IMG/VR virus record: IMGVR_UViG_3300032931_000905
Span: 1 to 64,000 of that record
Strand: one strand, 5' to 3'
DNA length: 64,000 bases
Origin: a virus
The notes under the pieces were generated by a model that worked only from the letters and a program-made list of their open reading frames with translations, was not told the origin of the DNA and made no database searches. Each line of letters begins with the position of its first letter. The first letter of the stretch is position 1. Shown piece by piece: positions 29,387 to 39,032 of this stretch. The translations under genes and the position numbers were made by a program.

Positions 29387-31306
29387 TTAGTTTCCTGTCA
29401 ATCGTGCGAGTTGTGCTCGGGCTTGGAGGAGATAATCCTTCTTGAGTAATTTGATGTGTCGCTTTTTGTCGTTCTTGAGGACTTCGACATCATAGGCACT
29501 CAGGCTTCCGGTCGTCACCGTCGTGGTCACCGTGGTGTGATCGGGGAACGAATAGACTCGCCCATTCACTTCGGTGGCTTGTGGGACCAGCGCATTGCTC
29601 TGGGTGGGCTGTTGATAGACACTATTCGCCAGAATCCCTGCCATCGTGACATTCGTAAGATGATATTGCAGCGTGGTCGCGCCGCCGACCCCATGGCGCA
29701 GGCCAAACCCACAGGTGGTGCCACTCAGCGGGGTAGGATCAACATAGGACGCTTCCAGGATGCCGTTGCGATAATACGAAATCGCCGAGCCTTGTGCGAC
29801 CACACCGAGTTGTGTACCGGGGGACAGCGAACCGAATGGGCTACTATTGCCTGAAAAGACATACACATTACCGCCGGCCGTCGTATTGGCATTGACCGAA
29901 CGCTGTAGCGAAAATGAACCGTTTGAGGTGATCTGATAATCATAGCCGGTCCAGTGATTCCCGACATTATCGGCCGTGCCTCTCACGGCGACCTGGATAT
30001 AGGCAGGATTGGCCGTAATCATGGCACCCACGGTCACGGTGATGCTGTGATCGCCGGTACTCGGCTGTGGGACATTGGCGGTGACAAACCCATAGGAACC
30101 GCCGGAATGGATGGTGACCAATGGCGTGCTACCAGATCCCGACACAAAGATTCCAGACGGGGCGGCATCGAGGATATGGGAGTTGTCATTCCAGTAGCGA
30201 TAATCGGTCGAGGGTGATTGCGTCTTTTGATGGTCTTCGGGGTTCTGCCCGATCATGCCTCGCTGGAAATCTTCTTGTCTTCCCAGGCTGCCATCAGGTC
30301 CGACCGTCAGAGTCGTGATCGAGGTTTTCGTTTGGAGTCCGATCATCCCTTTGGTCCCGGTGATCATGCTAGAGCTATCGACGGCATGGATCATCAGATT
30401 GCCATTCAGATGGAGGGTCACCAAGTTCCCATAGGCGGCGACTCGGTATTGCATGTTATTCGCTATCGCCACGGTGGCATTGGCCGCGAAATCGTATTTC
30501 GTCAGGACGGTCTTGCCTGTCTGGGCAATCCAATCAAATTCTTCATATTTGTAGAGGACCACATTGGCGCCGTTGCAGGAGATATCCGCGAAATATCCCG
30601 ACAGTTTATCATGGGTAATGCCTGTTCGCACCCCCAAGGTAATGAGACCTGTGGCATTGGCCGTAGGACCGATTGTGGCATCAATATATTGATTCGCCGG
30701 CATGTCGTGTGTCAGTAAGGCCGCTCCAGATCCCGTGGTGGATAACGCATTATTCGCAATCACGAATCCCGCAATAGGATCAGTCAGATTGACATTATGA
30801 CCTGGTAAGATTTGATAATCCGCACCCAGGGTCGTTCTGGTAAAGGTATCGATATAGGGCACGACCTGAAGGCCCCGTGACTCAAACGCCGTTTGATCGA
30901 TCACGGTCAAGGCGGAGGCCACTTCGGTGTTGGAATTGACGCTATTCAATTGCAGGAGATACAGGCCCGATTGTTGTTGAGCATTGGCCACGCTGCCGTA
31001 TTTGTTGAGGATCATGGCTTTGAAATCTTGATAATTCAGTGGCCAATCCAGGACGGGATCGGTGATATTGTTTACCAAGGTGACCAGCCAAAAATACCGA
31101 GAATCGCCATAGTACTTATGGGCAATACTTTCTGGTGTGTCTGATTCCTTGATCTGATAGGGATAGAAGCTTGATGCATTCTGGAGCAACAGTTCCGTAA
31201 AGGCCACACGGCGAAAGATGTTGGTGACCACATCATCCGCACTGGTGGCCGTGGAATCGAGCGTATAGGTCATCAGAGGAAAGTCACCAAAATAAGTAGA
31301 CGCCAT
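29387..31306 (-). CDS. gp53: Baseplate wedge gp53 with large internal beta-sandwich insertion
   Basis: YFGDFP..NIFRR..YQIKESDTPESIAHKYYGD..WLV..N..DP..DWP N-terminus and AYDVEVLKNDKKRHIKLLK C-terminus, separated by about 430 extra residues. Confidence 0.85.
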   Translation of the reverse strand: MASTYFGDFPLMTYTLDSTATSADDVVTNIFRRVAFTELLLQNASSFYPYQIKESDTPESIAHKYYGDSRYFWLVTLVNNITDPVLDWPLNYQDFKAMILNKYGSVANAQQQSGLYLLQLNSVNSNTEVASALTVIDQTAFESRGLQVVPYIDTFTRTTLGADYQILPGHNVNLTDPIAGFVIANNALSTTGSGAALLTHDMPANQYIDATIGPTANATGLITLGVRTGITHDKLSGYFADISCNGANVVLYKYEEFDWIAQTGKTVLTKYDFAANATVAIANNMQYRVAAYGNLVTLHLNGNLMIHAVDSSSMITGTKGMIGLQTKTSITTLTVGPDGSLGRQEDFQRGMIGQNPEDHQKTQSPSTDYRYWNDNSHILDAAPSGIFVSGSGSTPLVTIHSGGSYGFVTANVPQPSTGDHSITVTVGAMITANPAYIQVAVRGTADNVGNHWTGYDYQITSNGSFSLQRSVNANTTAGGNVYVFSGNSSPFGSLSPGTQLGVVAQGSAISYYRNGILEASYVDPTPLSGTTCGFGLRHGVGGATTLQYHLTNVTMAGILANSVYQQPTQSNALVPQATEVNGRVYSFPDHTTVTTTVTTGSLSAYDVEVLKNDKKRHIKLLKKDYLLQARAQLARLTGN

Positions 31307-31309
31307 GAC

Positions 31310-32500
31310 TTAGTAGCCTTTCAACACCAAATCTTTGGTGATGTATTCTGTTTCGGTAAATTCGAGCCGCATCCGAATGTTGACGGGCATGCCTTCTCGG
31401 ATATTGCCTGGTTCTTGATAGGCAGCAAATCCATTGGGGGCATAATCAAGATCGATGTTTCTGAGGACACAGGTCGAAATTTTTCCCAGTGTGCTAATGG
31501 AAAATTCAATGTCGATATCTCCTGGTGGGATCATCAGAAATCCCAGTCCACCTTGATCGGGTACTTCAGGGGCCGCGAAAAACTTGAAGGCCCGAATGAT
31601 GCGCTGCACGGCGACCCCTTCGTCATAGGAGCGAGGCGCAAAATTGAATTCCAGTGTAAAGGTCCGTAAATCAGGAGAGGTATACAAGACTTCGATCATG
31701 GGATTGACGGCAAACCCTAATTTTGAGAGGACCAGGCCGTCGGGCAGCCCTGTGGCCGCGTCCAGAAACTTCGCTCCTGCGGTTTTGGCGGCCGTAATGG
31801 CCCCCGCCAGTGCACCTGATCCTGTGCCTGTGGCCACACCTTCGGCGAGTTGGACGCCTGGGGCCAGGGCCTGGACTCGACCGGAATCAGACAGATGGGG
31901 ATCACGCCATTGTTGAGCAAAGTTCCATTGCAGGGTATCGGGCATATACAGTCGGATAGAATGTGAGGTCCGCACCGTTTCCCGCGACAAGTCGATGGAC
32001 GCATATTGCCCTTTGACATCAGAGCTAATGGGTTGGGCCGATCCGGTCCCGCGACTATTGACTTCCCGCGCAGTCAGTCCTGCCACACCAGCGGAGACGG
32101 AGAAGCTCTTTTTTCCGGTCGTACTCAGGCTCTCATTGAGATTCACGCCTTTATAGGCTTTATTGAAGCGGGAGGCCGTGGTGGCCACATTGAAATAAAA
32201 TGTCATGTAATGGGGATAGCGGCTTCCTAATCCCGCAGCGGGATATTGGATCTGATCGAAGTCGAAAAATGATTGTTCGAGCGCCGATAATGGCTCCTGT
32301 TTCTGACTCTCTTTGTAATATTCGGCTGTGGTATTGACGGCCGTGATAGGTTTCTTTGAGATATCAAAGGCGCCGGTGATCGCCGGGGCGCCAAATGCAC
32401 CAGGGGCAGGATTGGGCGAACTGACGAGACCTGTGCTGATCGGCGCAAAGGACTGTCGGCCAGCGGAAAAGAGTCCTTCGGTACCGGTGAACTCAGCCAT
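31310..32500 (-). CDS. gp48: Baseplate tail-tube cap gp48
   Basis: IRLYMPD, NPMIEVLY..LRTFTLEFNFAPRS..E, CVLRNIDLDYAP, LEFTETEYITK. Confidence 0.88.
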   Translation of the reverse strand: MAEFTGTEGLFSAGRQSFAPISTGLVSSPNPAPGAFGAPAITGAFDISKKPITAVNTTAEYYKESQKQEPLSALEQSFFDFDQIQYPAAGLGSRYPHYMTFYFNVATTASRFNKAYKGVNLNESLSTTGKKSFSVSAGVAGLTAREVNSRGTGSAQPISSDVKGQYASIDLSRETVRTSHSIRLYMPDTLQWNFAQQWRDPHLSDSGRVQALAPGVQLAEGVATGTGSGALAGAITAAKTAGAKFLDAATGLPDGLVLSKLGFAVNPMIEVLYTSPDLRTFTLEFNFAPRSYDEGVAVQRIIRAFKFFAAPEVPDQGGLGFLMIPPGDIDIEFSISTLGKISTCVLRNIDLDYAPNGFAAYQEPGNIREGMPVNIRMRLEFTETEYITKDLVLKGY

Positions 32501-32530
32501 AAATACTCCTTGTGAAAGTCAGACTGTTGT

Positions 32531-32538
32531 TATTTATA
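32531..32538 (-). promoter_or_regulatory. T4-type late promoter TATAAATA for the baseplate operon (divergent gp48/gp4 junction)
   Basis: Exact motif about 30 nt upstream of gp48; CATAAATA on + at 32498-32505 may serve gp4. Confidence 0.6.
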
Positions 32539-32554
32539 TCGGAATCCCTGTGCC

Positions 32555-33001
32555 ATGAAATATTATCAAGGTCGCTATACCCCCATTCATCCCGAAAAGT
32601 ATCAAGGCGAGATCGGGAACATCTGCTATCGCTCGTCCTGGGAAAAACGGGTGATGCTCTGGCTCGATCAACACCCTTCGGTGCTCTGGTGGGGATCGGA
32701 ATCCTTCCCGATACCGTATATGAGTCCCGTGGATAAACGGCCACATCGGTACTTCCCTGATTTTGTGGTGCATATGAGGAAAAAGGATACCAGCGAACAA
32801 ACATTTATCTGGGAGATTAAGCCGCACCGAGAGACCATGCTGAGACCGGCCCCTCAACGGTCCTCACGACGATTTCTTCAAGAGGCGGCCACCTACAGCA
32901 TAAATAGGGCGAAGTGGGATGCCTGTGACGCATTTTGTCTGGCCAAGGGATGGACATTTATGGTCATCACCGAAAAGAATATTCCAGGACTGAAGACCTA
33001 A
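32555..33001 (+). CDS. gp4: Head completion nuclease gp4
   Basis: YQGRY.P..PEKY.G..YRSSWE..W.SE..IPY.SP.D...HRYFPDF..EIKP..N.AKW. Confidence 0.92.
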   Translation: MKYYQGRYTPIHPEKYQGEIGNICYRSSWEKRVMLWLDQHPSVLWWGSESFPIPYMSPVDKRPHRYFPDFVVHMRKKDTSEQTFIWEIKPHRETMLRPAPQRSSRRFLQEAATYSINRAKWDACDAFCLAKGWTFMVITEKNIPGLKT

Positions 33002-33002
33002 T

Positions 33003-33599
33003 ATGCCTTCGATACTTCAACGAATTCAACAACAATCAGTGGATGCCGGCATGGTCCAACGGACGGATGCCGCCCGGAAATGGCTCCTATCCTTGATTCC
33101 GTCCCTCAAGGTGACCTCTATGACCTTGATGCAGGATCGTCAGTCCCAGAAGTCCCGCATTTTTGTGGGTCGCATGTATTTTTTCCGGTATGATGCCCTG
33201 GGCAAGGATGAATTGCCCTATTTTGATCGGTTCCCGTTGGTGATTCCTATCGATCAGTATCACGATGGATTCCTGGCGCTGAATCTCCATTATTTGCCTG
33301 TCAAGACGAGAATGATCCTCATGAATAAACTCAGTGTCTTGCTCACGACCCCTGGGCGCTATGACGAGCGGACCCGACTCCGCATTTCCTATCGGGTGCT
33401 TCAGAGTCATGGTCGGATCTATGAGCATACCCCAGCCGTGAAACGCTATCTCTATTCTCAGATCAAATCTCGCTTTTTAGAAGTGCCTGCGCCCCAGTGG
33501 GATATCGCCGCCTTGCTCCCCACGGCGTCATTCCGCGGTGCCACGGTGTCAGAAGTCTATGCCGATTCACGGCAGATCATTCAGAAGAGGAAGACCTAA
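33003..33599 (+). CDS. gp2: DNA end protector gp2
   Basis: GRMYFFRYDA..KDELPYFDRFPLV..LNLHYLP..R..KRYL..W..A.LLP. Confidence 0.92.
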   Translation: MPSILQRIQQQSVDAGMVQRTDAARKWLLSLIPSLKVTSMTLMQDRQSQKSRIFVGRMYFFRYDALGKDELPYFDRFPLVIPIDQYHDGFLALNLHYLPVKTRMILMNKLSVLLTTPGRYDERTRLRISYRVLQSHGRIYEHTPAVKRYLYSQIKSRFLEVPAPQWDIAALLPTASFRGATVSEVYADSRQIIQKRKT

Positions 33600-33600
33600 C

Positions 33601-34341
33601 ATGGCCGGACGTATCGATGAATTTTGGTCCCAGATGAAAGATGACGGCATCGCTAAGAATTCCCATTCGGATGTGCGGATCGATCTGCCTCCCTCACTGA
33701 GCGGTCTGGGTTGGGGCGGGATCGAACAGACCATGAAGTTGCGGTGTGAGTCTGGAGAATTACCGGGTCGTCAAATCGTCTCTAGTGATATCAAAATCTA
33801 TGGACCCATCTATCGGACGCCCTATCAATCCGTCTATACCGAACTGAATCTGACCTTTATCGAAACGGCCGATCTTCAAATTCGTCGATTCATGGAAGCC
33901 TGGATGGATACCATCTTTGATTCTAGCTCGAATGTCCTGGCCTATCAAAACACCTTCCAGGTGTCGATGACGATTACCCAATATCAGGTGGATGCTCGGC
34001 CGGGTCAACCCGTCGATGAACGAAGTGAATTTTTCCCCGAATTCGGTCCCAATGTATTTGGAGGCAGGCAAGTGGCCACGCCGGCCGCCGCGGGATCATC
34101 CCTGGAACCGTCCTTGTTGATGTTCATCAAGAATGCGTATCCTGTCAATATCAATCAGATGGCCACCTCATGGGCCGATGACTCCCCTCATCGGGTCCAG
34201 GTCGCCTTCTTCTATGAATGGTATACGATGTCGGCGCCGAATCCGCGTTCGACCAGTGGCGCCAATTCAGGGCTCAAGGAATCTCCGCGTACTATTACGA
34301 TACCGGGCGGGACGAATGATCCGATCCTGGCGAATTTCTAA
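33601..34341 (+). CDS. Tail tube initiator/tube-fold protein (gp54/gp19-like)
   Basis: CESGELPGR..YGP..PY..LTF..W.D.I..AYPVNI..V.F.Y; start re-called at ATG 33601. Confidence 0.75.
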   Translation: MAGRIDEFWSQMKDDGIAKNSHSDVRIDLPPSLSGLGWGGIEQTMKLRCESGELPGRQIVSSDIKIYGPIYRTPYQSVYTELNLTFIETADLQIRRFMEAWMDTIFDSSSNVLAYQNTFQVSMTITQYQVDARPGQPVDERSEFFPEFGPNVFGGRQVATPAAAGSSLEPSLLMFIKNAYPVNINQMATSWADDSPHRVQVAFFYEWYTMSAPNPRSTSGANSGLKESPRTITIPGGTNDPILANF

Positions 34342-34361
34342 TCTATCACATGATGAGGTGA

Positions 34362-35117
34362 ATGATGCTCCCGAAATTAGTGACTCCACAATATGACTAT
34401 CTGTGTCCGTCAGGGATGCAAGTGACCTATCGGCCCTTCCTGGTCAGGGAAGAAAAGCTGTTACTCATGGCCCGAGAATCGAATGATGCCAATACGATCA
34501 TGGACGCGGTCGAGCAAGTCGTGAAGAATTGTGTGCAGACCTCGGTGCCACTGGATACGTTACCGATGTTTGACATCGAAGCAATCTTCCTGCAACTTCG
34601 GGCCCGTTCTGTAGGGGAATCGGCGAACCTCCGTTTTCAGTGCCATCAGGTGATCTCGGTCCCTGGGCTTGCTCAGGTCGGTGAGGTGCCCACGTCACGT
34701 TCCTGTGATGTGGTCTCGGAGTATACCGTCGATTTGTTGGGGATTGTCCCGACCTTTGGAGCAGGGCATTCCAAAACGATTCCACTCAACGAGACCGTGG
34801 GGTTGATTATGCGGTATCCCTCGTTCAAGTCGTTCAAGAAATTTATCAATGCGACCTTGAGTACCGAGGACGCCTTTCGGGTGATCGAATCGTGTATTGA
34901 GTCGGTCTATGATGCCCAGAAATTCTATCCCGCAAAGGATGCCTCACCGACGGAACTGCGTGAGTTTCTGGAATCATTGAATACCAAACAAGTGGAGAGT
35001 ATTGATCACTTTTTTGAGACCTTTCCGAAAATTCGGACCACGATCCCGTTCAAGTGTCCTGGGTGTGGCTATACCGAATCCTTGGAGGTCGAAGGGCTCG
35101 AATCTTTTTTCGCATAG
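34362..35117 (+). CDS. gp26: Baseplate hub assembly chaperone gp26
   Basis: LPKL.TP.Y, YRPFLVREEKLLLMA.ES, FDIE.IFLQLRARSVGE, FFETFPK..CPGC..EGLESFF. Confidence 0.92.
   Translation: MMLPKLVTPQYDYLCPSGMQVTYRPFLVREEKLLLMARESNDANTIMDAVEQVVKNCVQTSVPLDTLPMFDIEAIFLQLRARSVGESANLRFQCHQVISVPGLAQVGEVPTSRSCDVVSEYTVDLLGIVPTFGAGHSKTIPLNETVGLIMRYPSFKSFKKFINATLSTEDAFRVIESCIESVYDAQKFYPAKDASPTELREFLESLNTKQVESIDHFFETFPKIRTTIPFKCPGCGYTESLEVEGLESFFA
35105..35111 (+). other. Candidate -1 programmed ribosomal frameshift heptamer T-TTT-TTC (gp26 to gp51)
   Basis: X-XXY-YYZ heptamer in the gp26 frame two codons before TAG; the -1 frame is open into gp51. Confidence 0.65.
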
Positions 35118-35137
35118 GGACCTCACACGATTCGTTG

Positions 35138-35332
35138 ATGAATTACTATAAAACGAATTTTGCGATGGTCCAGCATCATCACTGGGATCTTGACGCATTA
35201 GAATCCTTATTACCCTGGGAGCGGCATGTGTATATTCAGTTACTTCAAGCCTATTTGAAAGATGAAGCCGACGCCCGCGCCTTACAGGCACAGGCACAGA
35301 AACACCACACACCACGGAAGCGCACAGTCTAA
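35138..35332 (+). CDS. gp51: Baseplate hub assembly catalyst gp51 (possibly the frameshifted C-terminal extension of gp26)
   Basis: (SHDSL)MNYYKTNFAMVQHHHWDL..LE.LLPWER.VY..LL. Confidence 0.8.
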   Translation: MNYYKTNFAMVQHHHWDLDALESLLPWERHVYIQLLQAYLKDEADARALQAQAQKHHTPRKRTV

Positions 35333-37335
35333 TGGATGATTCAAAAGCCCCCATCGTCAATCTCGGTAAAGAAACTCGGCGCGATATTGCCGGCGCGATT
35401 CGTGAGTTGTCTCGTCAATTTCGAGAACAGCGGGACGAAAAGAAGACGCGCTCCTTTGCCGACAATATTGCTCATGGTATCGCTACCGGAGGTTCGATCA
35501 GCGGTTCAGTCAAAGATGCCGTCGGGGTCTCCGCTGAAAAAGCGAAAGATCGCTTCAAGAAGGCCATTGATCCCGTCCAGATCGTCAAGCGTCTGACAGG
35601 CTCCAAATTAGCGACCGTCCTGGCCGGGAAGGCCTTGGGGCGGAATCCGACCAAGGTTCGTTCCATTGCCGACATACCAGAACCATTCTCCCCAGAACAA
35701 CAGCAGCAGGACACCTCACCGACGCCCTATACCACACCACAGGAATCTCCGAGCCAGGTCGGTTCTGAGAAGAATTCAGGTGTCTTTGCGGATATGCTCA
35801 AGTACATGGGACTCATCAATCTCCAGGTCGCGTCAATTGCCAAGAAGCTCGGTGCCAATGTCGGTCGTAATGCCAAGGGACAATTCAATAAAATGAATGC
35901 CCCTCAAGAGAAGATTCTGGCAGATATTCAGAATCAATTGATCCTGAGCCACACAGAGGATAAAGCCTATCAACAACACGATGCGGATCTTGAAGAGGAA
36001 CAAGCCAAGAGCCACACAGAGGATAAAGCCTATCAACAACACGATGCGGATCTTGAAGAGGAACAAGCCAAGCTGCTTCGGCAGTCTGACGCCTTGCAGA
36101 AACACGCCCTAGAAGAGGCAGAAAGGGCCCAGGACCGGGCAGGAAGACAAGGACATCCTGATGAGTCACCTTCTCAGATCGGAAGGCATGGTCTGATCGC
36201 CTCGATGCTGGGCAAAGGCGCCGGACATAAGGATGAAGGCTCTGGTATCTTCGGTGGACTCGCTCGCTTTGGGTCATCGGCCTTGGGGCTCGGTGGAGCG
36301 GCGGCGGCCGCGGGTGGTCTGGCATTGAAAGCCATCAGGCATCCTATTAAGGCCTTGAAATCCGTGGCAGGGGCCGCAGGAAAATTCCTGGCCCATCCCA
36401 TCGAGACCACAAAGGCAGCGGTCTCTGCGATCAAGACGATGGCAGGCATCGCACCCAAAGCGGCCGCCGCAGTCGGGGGCATCGCACCCAAAGCCGCAGA
36501 GGCAATCACCAAGGCGCCAGGTGTGGTGTCGAACGTGGCCAAAGGCGGGAAGAAAGCGATTGGTTCCCTGGTCACCAAGCTGATGCCAGGCATGATGAAA
36601 AAATATGGTGGAAAGCTCGCCGGTTCTCTGGTACCAGGTATTGGTACCTTGATCGGTGCCGGGATGACCGTGGGCTCGTTGCTCAAAGGTGATTGGATCG
36701 GTGCCGGACTCAATGCGGTGGGTATGATACCCTATGCTGGTCTGGCGACGATTCCTGCCGCCATTGCGCGTGAAGTCTATTCTGATGTGTATGACGGGGC
36801 CGATCCCTTTACTGATCCCCTACGGGCAGAACGGATGCCTGAGTTATTGGCATCGGTGCGGGAGCAAGTCGGGAACTGGATCTCAGGAAAAGAACAATCA
36901 CCAACCCAAGTTGCGGATGCCGACAAGAAGGAAGAGGCCATCGCTGGTACCTCTCCTACTCCTACTACTACTCCTACTACTCCTACTACTCCTACTCCTA
37001 TGGTCGATGCGGCCGTCGCGGCCGCCAAGGAGCCCGCCGGTAAATTGGGTTCCGAGGGTCTGTGGGAGAAGTTTGAGAGAGAAGAACGCAGTTCACCGAC
37101 CGTGTCGCCTGTCCCTCCAAAAATTGGCGGCGATCAACTCAATGCGCTATCCAGAGAACAGGTGTCCAGTCGTAGTATCAATGGTGATGGTTCGGTCTCG
37201 CAATCGCCCCCAGTGGTGATGAACAGTAATCCGACCACGAATATTACCAATCAGATGTCACAAAAAATGGGTTCCACACGCAATACTGATTCGAGTTTTC
37301 TGCGACGACAAGATGCGTCTGCCTTTGCCACATAA
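35332..37335 (+). CDS. Tape-measure-like protein (gp29 position)
   Basis: 667 aa, Ala/Gly/Lys-rich helical, GGKLAGSLVPGIG..GDWIGAGL hydrophobic segment; follows gp26/gp51. Confidence 0.6.
   Translation: MDDSKAPIVNLGKETRRDIAGAIRELSRQFREQRDEKKTRSFADNIAHGIATGGSISGSVKDAVGVSAEKAKDRFKKAIDPVQIVKRLTGSKLATVLAGKALGRNPTKVRSIADIPEPFSPEQQQQDTSPTPYTTPQESPSQVGSEKNSGVFADMLKYMGLINLQVASIAKKLGANVGRNAKGQFNKMNAPQEKILADIQNQLILSHTEDKAYQQHDADLEEEQAKSHTEDKAYQQHDADLEEEQAKLLRQSDALQKHALEEAERAQDRAGRQGHPDESPSQIGRHGLIASMLGKGAGHKDEGSGIFGGLARFGSSALGLGGAAAAAGGLALKAIRHPIKALKSVAGAAGKFLAHPIETTKAAVSAIKTMAGIAPKAAAAVGGIAPKAAEAITKAPGVVSNVAKGGKKAIGSLVTKLMPGMMKKYGGKLAGSLVPGIGTLIGAGMTVGSLLKGDWIGAGLNAVGMIPYAGLATIPAAIAREVYSDVYDGADPFTDPLRAERMPELLASVREQVGNWISGKEQSPTQVADADKKEEAIAGTSPTPTTTPTTPTTPTPMVDAAVAAAKEPAGKLGSEGLWEKFEREERSSPTVSPVPPKIGGDQLNALSREQVSSRSINGDGSVSQSPPVVMNSNPTTNITNQMSQKMGSTRNTDSSFLRRQDASAFAT
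35946..36072 (+). repeat. Perfect 63-bp tandem duplication in the tape-measure gene
   Basis: SHTEDKAYQQHDADLEEEQAK encoded twice with identical DNA. Confidence 0.95.
36953..37000 (+). repeat. CCT/ACT low-complexity repeat encoding a Pro-Thr linker
   Basis: ctcctactcctactactactcctactactcctactactcctactccta. Confidence 0.85.
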
Positions 37336-37339
37336 CACA

Positions 37340-37371
37340 GAAGCCGCTCCCTGTTACCAGAGAACGGCTTC
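37340..37371. terminator. Hairpin between convergent transcription units
   Basis: GAAGCCG...CGGCTTC inverted repeat between the tape-measure stop and the gp32 stop; no strong U-tract. Confidence 0.5.
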
Positions 37372-37402
37372 GATTGCTCGCTTCCTCACATGGAGGATGA
37401 GT

Positions 37403-38323
37403 CTACTTCACCAGGGACTTGAAATAATCCAGTTCTGAATTATCATCATCGACCGCAGGTGCCTCCTTCAACCCCACTTCCAATTCCTTCACCAAGACTG
37501 ATGCCGGAGCCTGAGTCGGACGGAACGGTTCAGGTGCTTTCACTTGGTCCGCCAGCGGGGCTTGCGCGACGGCCACTTGACCTGATCCCAGATAGCGATC
37601 CCAATTGGCTTTGATGGCCTCATAGGTCTTGAATTTGTCTGGGGAAATCAATTCCTTCAAGCAATGTTCCTTGGCGTGCAGGGCCACAAGTTCTTCTTCA
37701 CTCTGCGAGATCGCCGAGGGTGCAGCAAACTCAGATTGTCCATAGTTTCTCTGCCCTTCCACTTTGGTGATACGAAGTTTGAAATTCGCACCTTCCCAAA
37801 AATCATAGGGCGTCATTGGGACCTGATCGGGGAATATGGGCTTGATGGCGTTTTGAATCTTTTCGTAAATCTTGGCGCCAAAACGGAAAATTCTGACGGT
37901 GCCTTCGTTGGCGGGGGTCGCGGGATCTGAGATGACCAGGACATTCATGAAATACTCGACCTTTCGCTTTTGCTTGGAGGCGAGTTCACGATTGACCTTG
38001 AGATCGGTCGCCCAGAGGGCCTTATTGAATTCACAGACCGGACAGGTACCGCCATCCAATGTGGTCGGACAGTTCTCAATGAACCATCGTCCACCCGCAT
38101 TCTGGAAGGCATGGGTAAATTTTCTAATCCAAGGCAAGTCATCTCCGAGGGAGGCAGGAAGGAAACGAATGGTCGCAAAACCATTCCCAGGCTTATCGAC
38201 GACAGGATACCACATCCGTTCGTCATCACGATCATATTGCACCTTGGGCTTGTTGCCGGATGCCAGTAATTTTGTGGCCTCTTCAAGAGAACCACGATTG
38301 CGTTTGAGTGCTGAAAAATCCAT
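37403..38323 (-). CDS. gp32: Single-stranded DNA-binding protein gp32
   Basis: DERMW.P..DK.GNG.A.IRFLP, HAFQ..G.W.IENC.TT..CPVCE, DFWEGANFKLRI, acidic DDD..LDYFKSL tail; GGAGG RBS. Confidence 0.96.
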   Translation of the reverse strand: MDFSALKRNRGSLEEATKLLASGNKPKVQYDRDDERMWYPVVDKPGNGFATIRFLPASLGDDLPWIRKFTHAFQNAGGRWFIENCPTTLDGGTCPVCEFNKALWATDLKVNRELASKQKRKVEYFMNVLVISDPATPANEGTVRIFRFGAKIYEKIQNAIKPIFPDQVPMTPYDFWEGANFKLRITKVEGQRNYGQSEFAAPSAISQSEEELVALHAKEHCLKELISPDKFKTYEAIKANWDRYLGSGQVAVAQAPLADQVKAPEPFRPTQAPASVLVKELEVGLKEAPAVDDDNSELDYFKSLVK

Positions 38324-38383
38324 ATAGACCTCCAAATATAATGTGTAATTCAGATCGTGTTATGTGATCTGTCACTTGTATAT

Positions 38384-38412
38384 AGTATAACAGATTTTTG
38401 TGTGTCTGTCAA
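38384..38412 (-). promoter_or_regulatory. Sigma70-type promoter for gp32
   Basis: TTGACA-N17-TATACT with TG extended -10. Confidence 0.75.
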
Positions 38413-39032
38413 CTGTTTTCTTGTTGGTGTTGGGCGACCAGGGCCGCGACACGGGCCGAGATCATCGCGGCATCATAGGGGACAAAGAAGGCAAACTTAA
38501 TGAGTTGCCGATAGAAGGTCGGCCAGATGATGGTATCCGTCACACGGGTTTTCCACATCGGCAAGAATTGCATGATGTTACCGAGGACACACACCGTCTC
38601 AATATCGATCTGCTTGTGTTGGACCTCTGTGGCCAAGGCGGGCCATCCCCCAGAGGTCACCGTGAGCATATCCATCGGTGTGGTATAGCGATCTAACAAA
38701 TACCGCAGATCCTTTTCGATGGTATACACCAGGGATTCTCGGACTTTGAGATGCGCCTGAAAATGATCCTTATGTTCAGATACATTAATGAGATCACGAA
38801 TATAGGGTGAGTCATAGAGATGATTACAGGCCAAAAAGAGCACCAAATGGTCCTGAGACTGAAACATCTTTGAGAGTTTGACAAAGGACCATTTATCAGG
38901 TCTCCGTTCAAAGGCCGCCGGTGTGAGTGAGCGAGGATGATCCCCATACTTGCCGATATCATAGGCATCCGAGGTCATGTGCAGCTTCACGGCCATATAG
39001 AGGCGATAGGCATCAAACGGTAGAACCGGCAT
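38409..39032 (-). CDS. gp59: Helicase loader gp59
   Basis: FDAYRLYMAVKLH.TSD.YD..KY..F..R.DK..F.KLSK; I.IET; D.IIWP; upstream of gp32. Confidence 0.88.
   Translation of the reverse strand: MPVLPFDAYRLYMAVKLHMTSDAYDIGKYGDHPRSLTPAAFERRPDKWSFVKLSKMFQSQDHLVLFLACNHLYDSPYIRDLINVSEHKDHFQAHLKVRESLVYTIEKDLRYLLDRYTTPMDMLTVTSGGWPALATEVQHKQIDIETVCVLGNIMQFLPMWKTRVTDTIIWPTFYRQLIKFAFFVPYDAAMISARVAALVAQHQQENS

Noticed and set aside
184-32450. Many plus-strand ORFs opposite the structural genes (e.g. 5163..5858, 12184..12819, 17470..18153)
   Set aside because: Antisense shadow frames caused by codon bias of recognisable minus-strand genes
32555-33001. TnsA-like transposase suggesting a Tn7 element
   Set aside because: T4 gp4 shares this fold; it sits in the canonical gp4-gp2 context and no tnsB/C or element ends are present
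36953-37000. Phase-variation switch at the CCT/ACT repeat
   Set aside because: Units are multiples of 3, so slippage keeps the frame; it encodes an ordinary Pro-Thr linker
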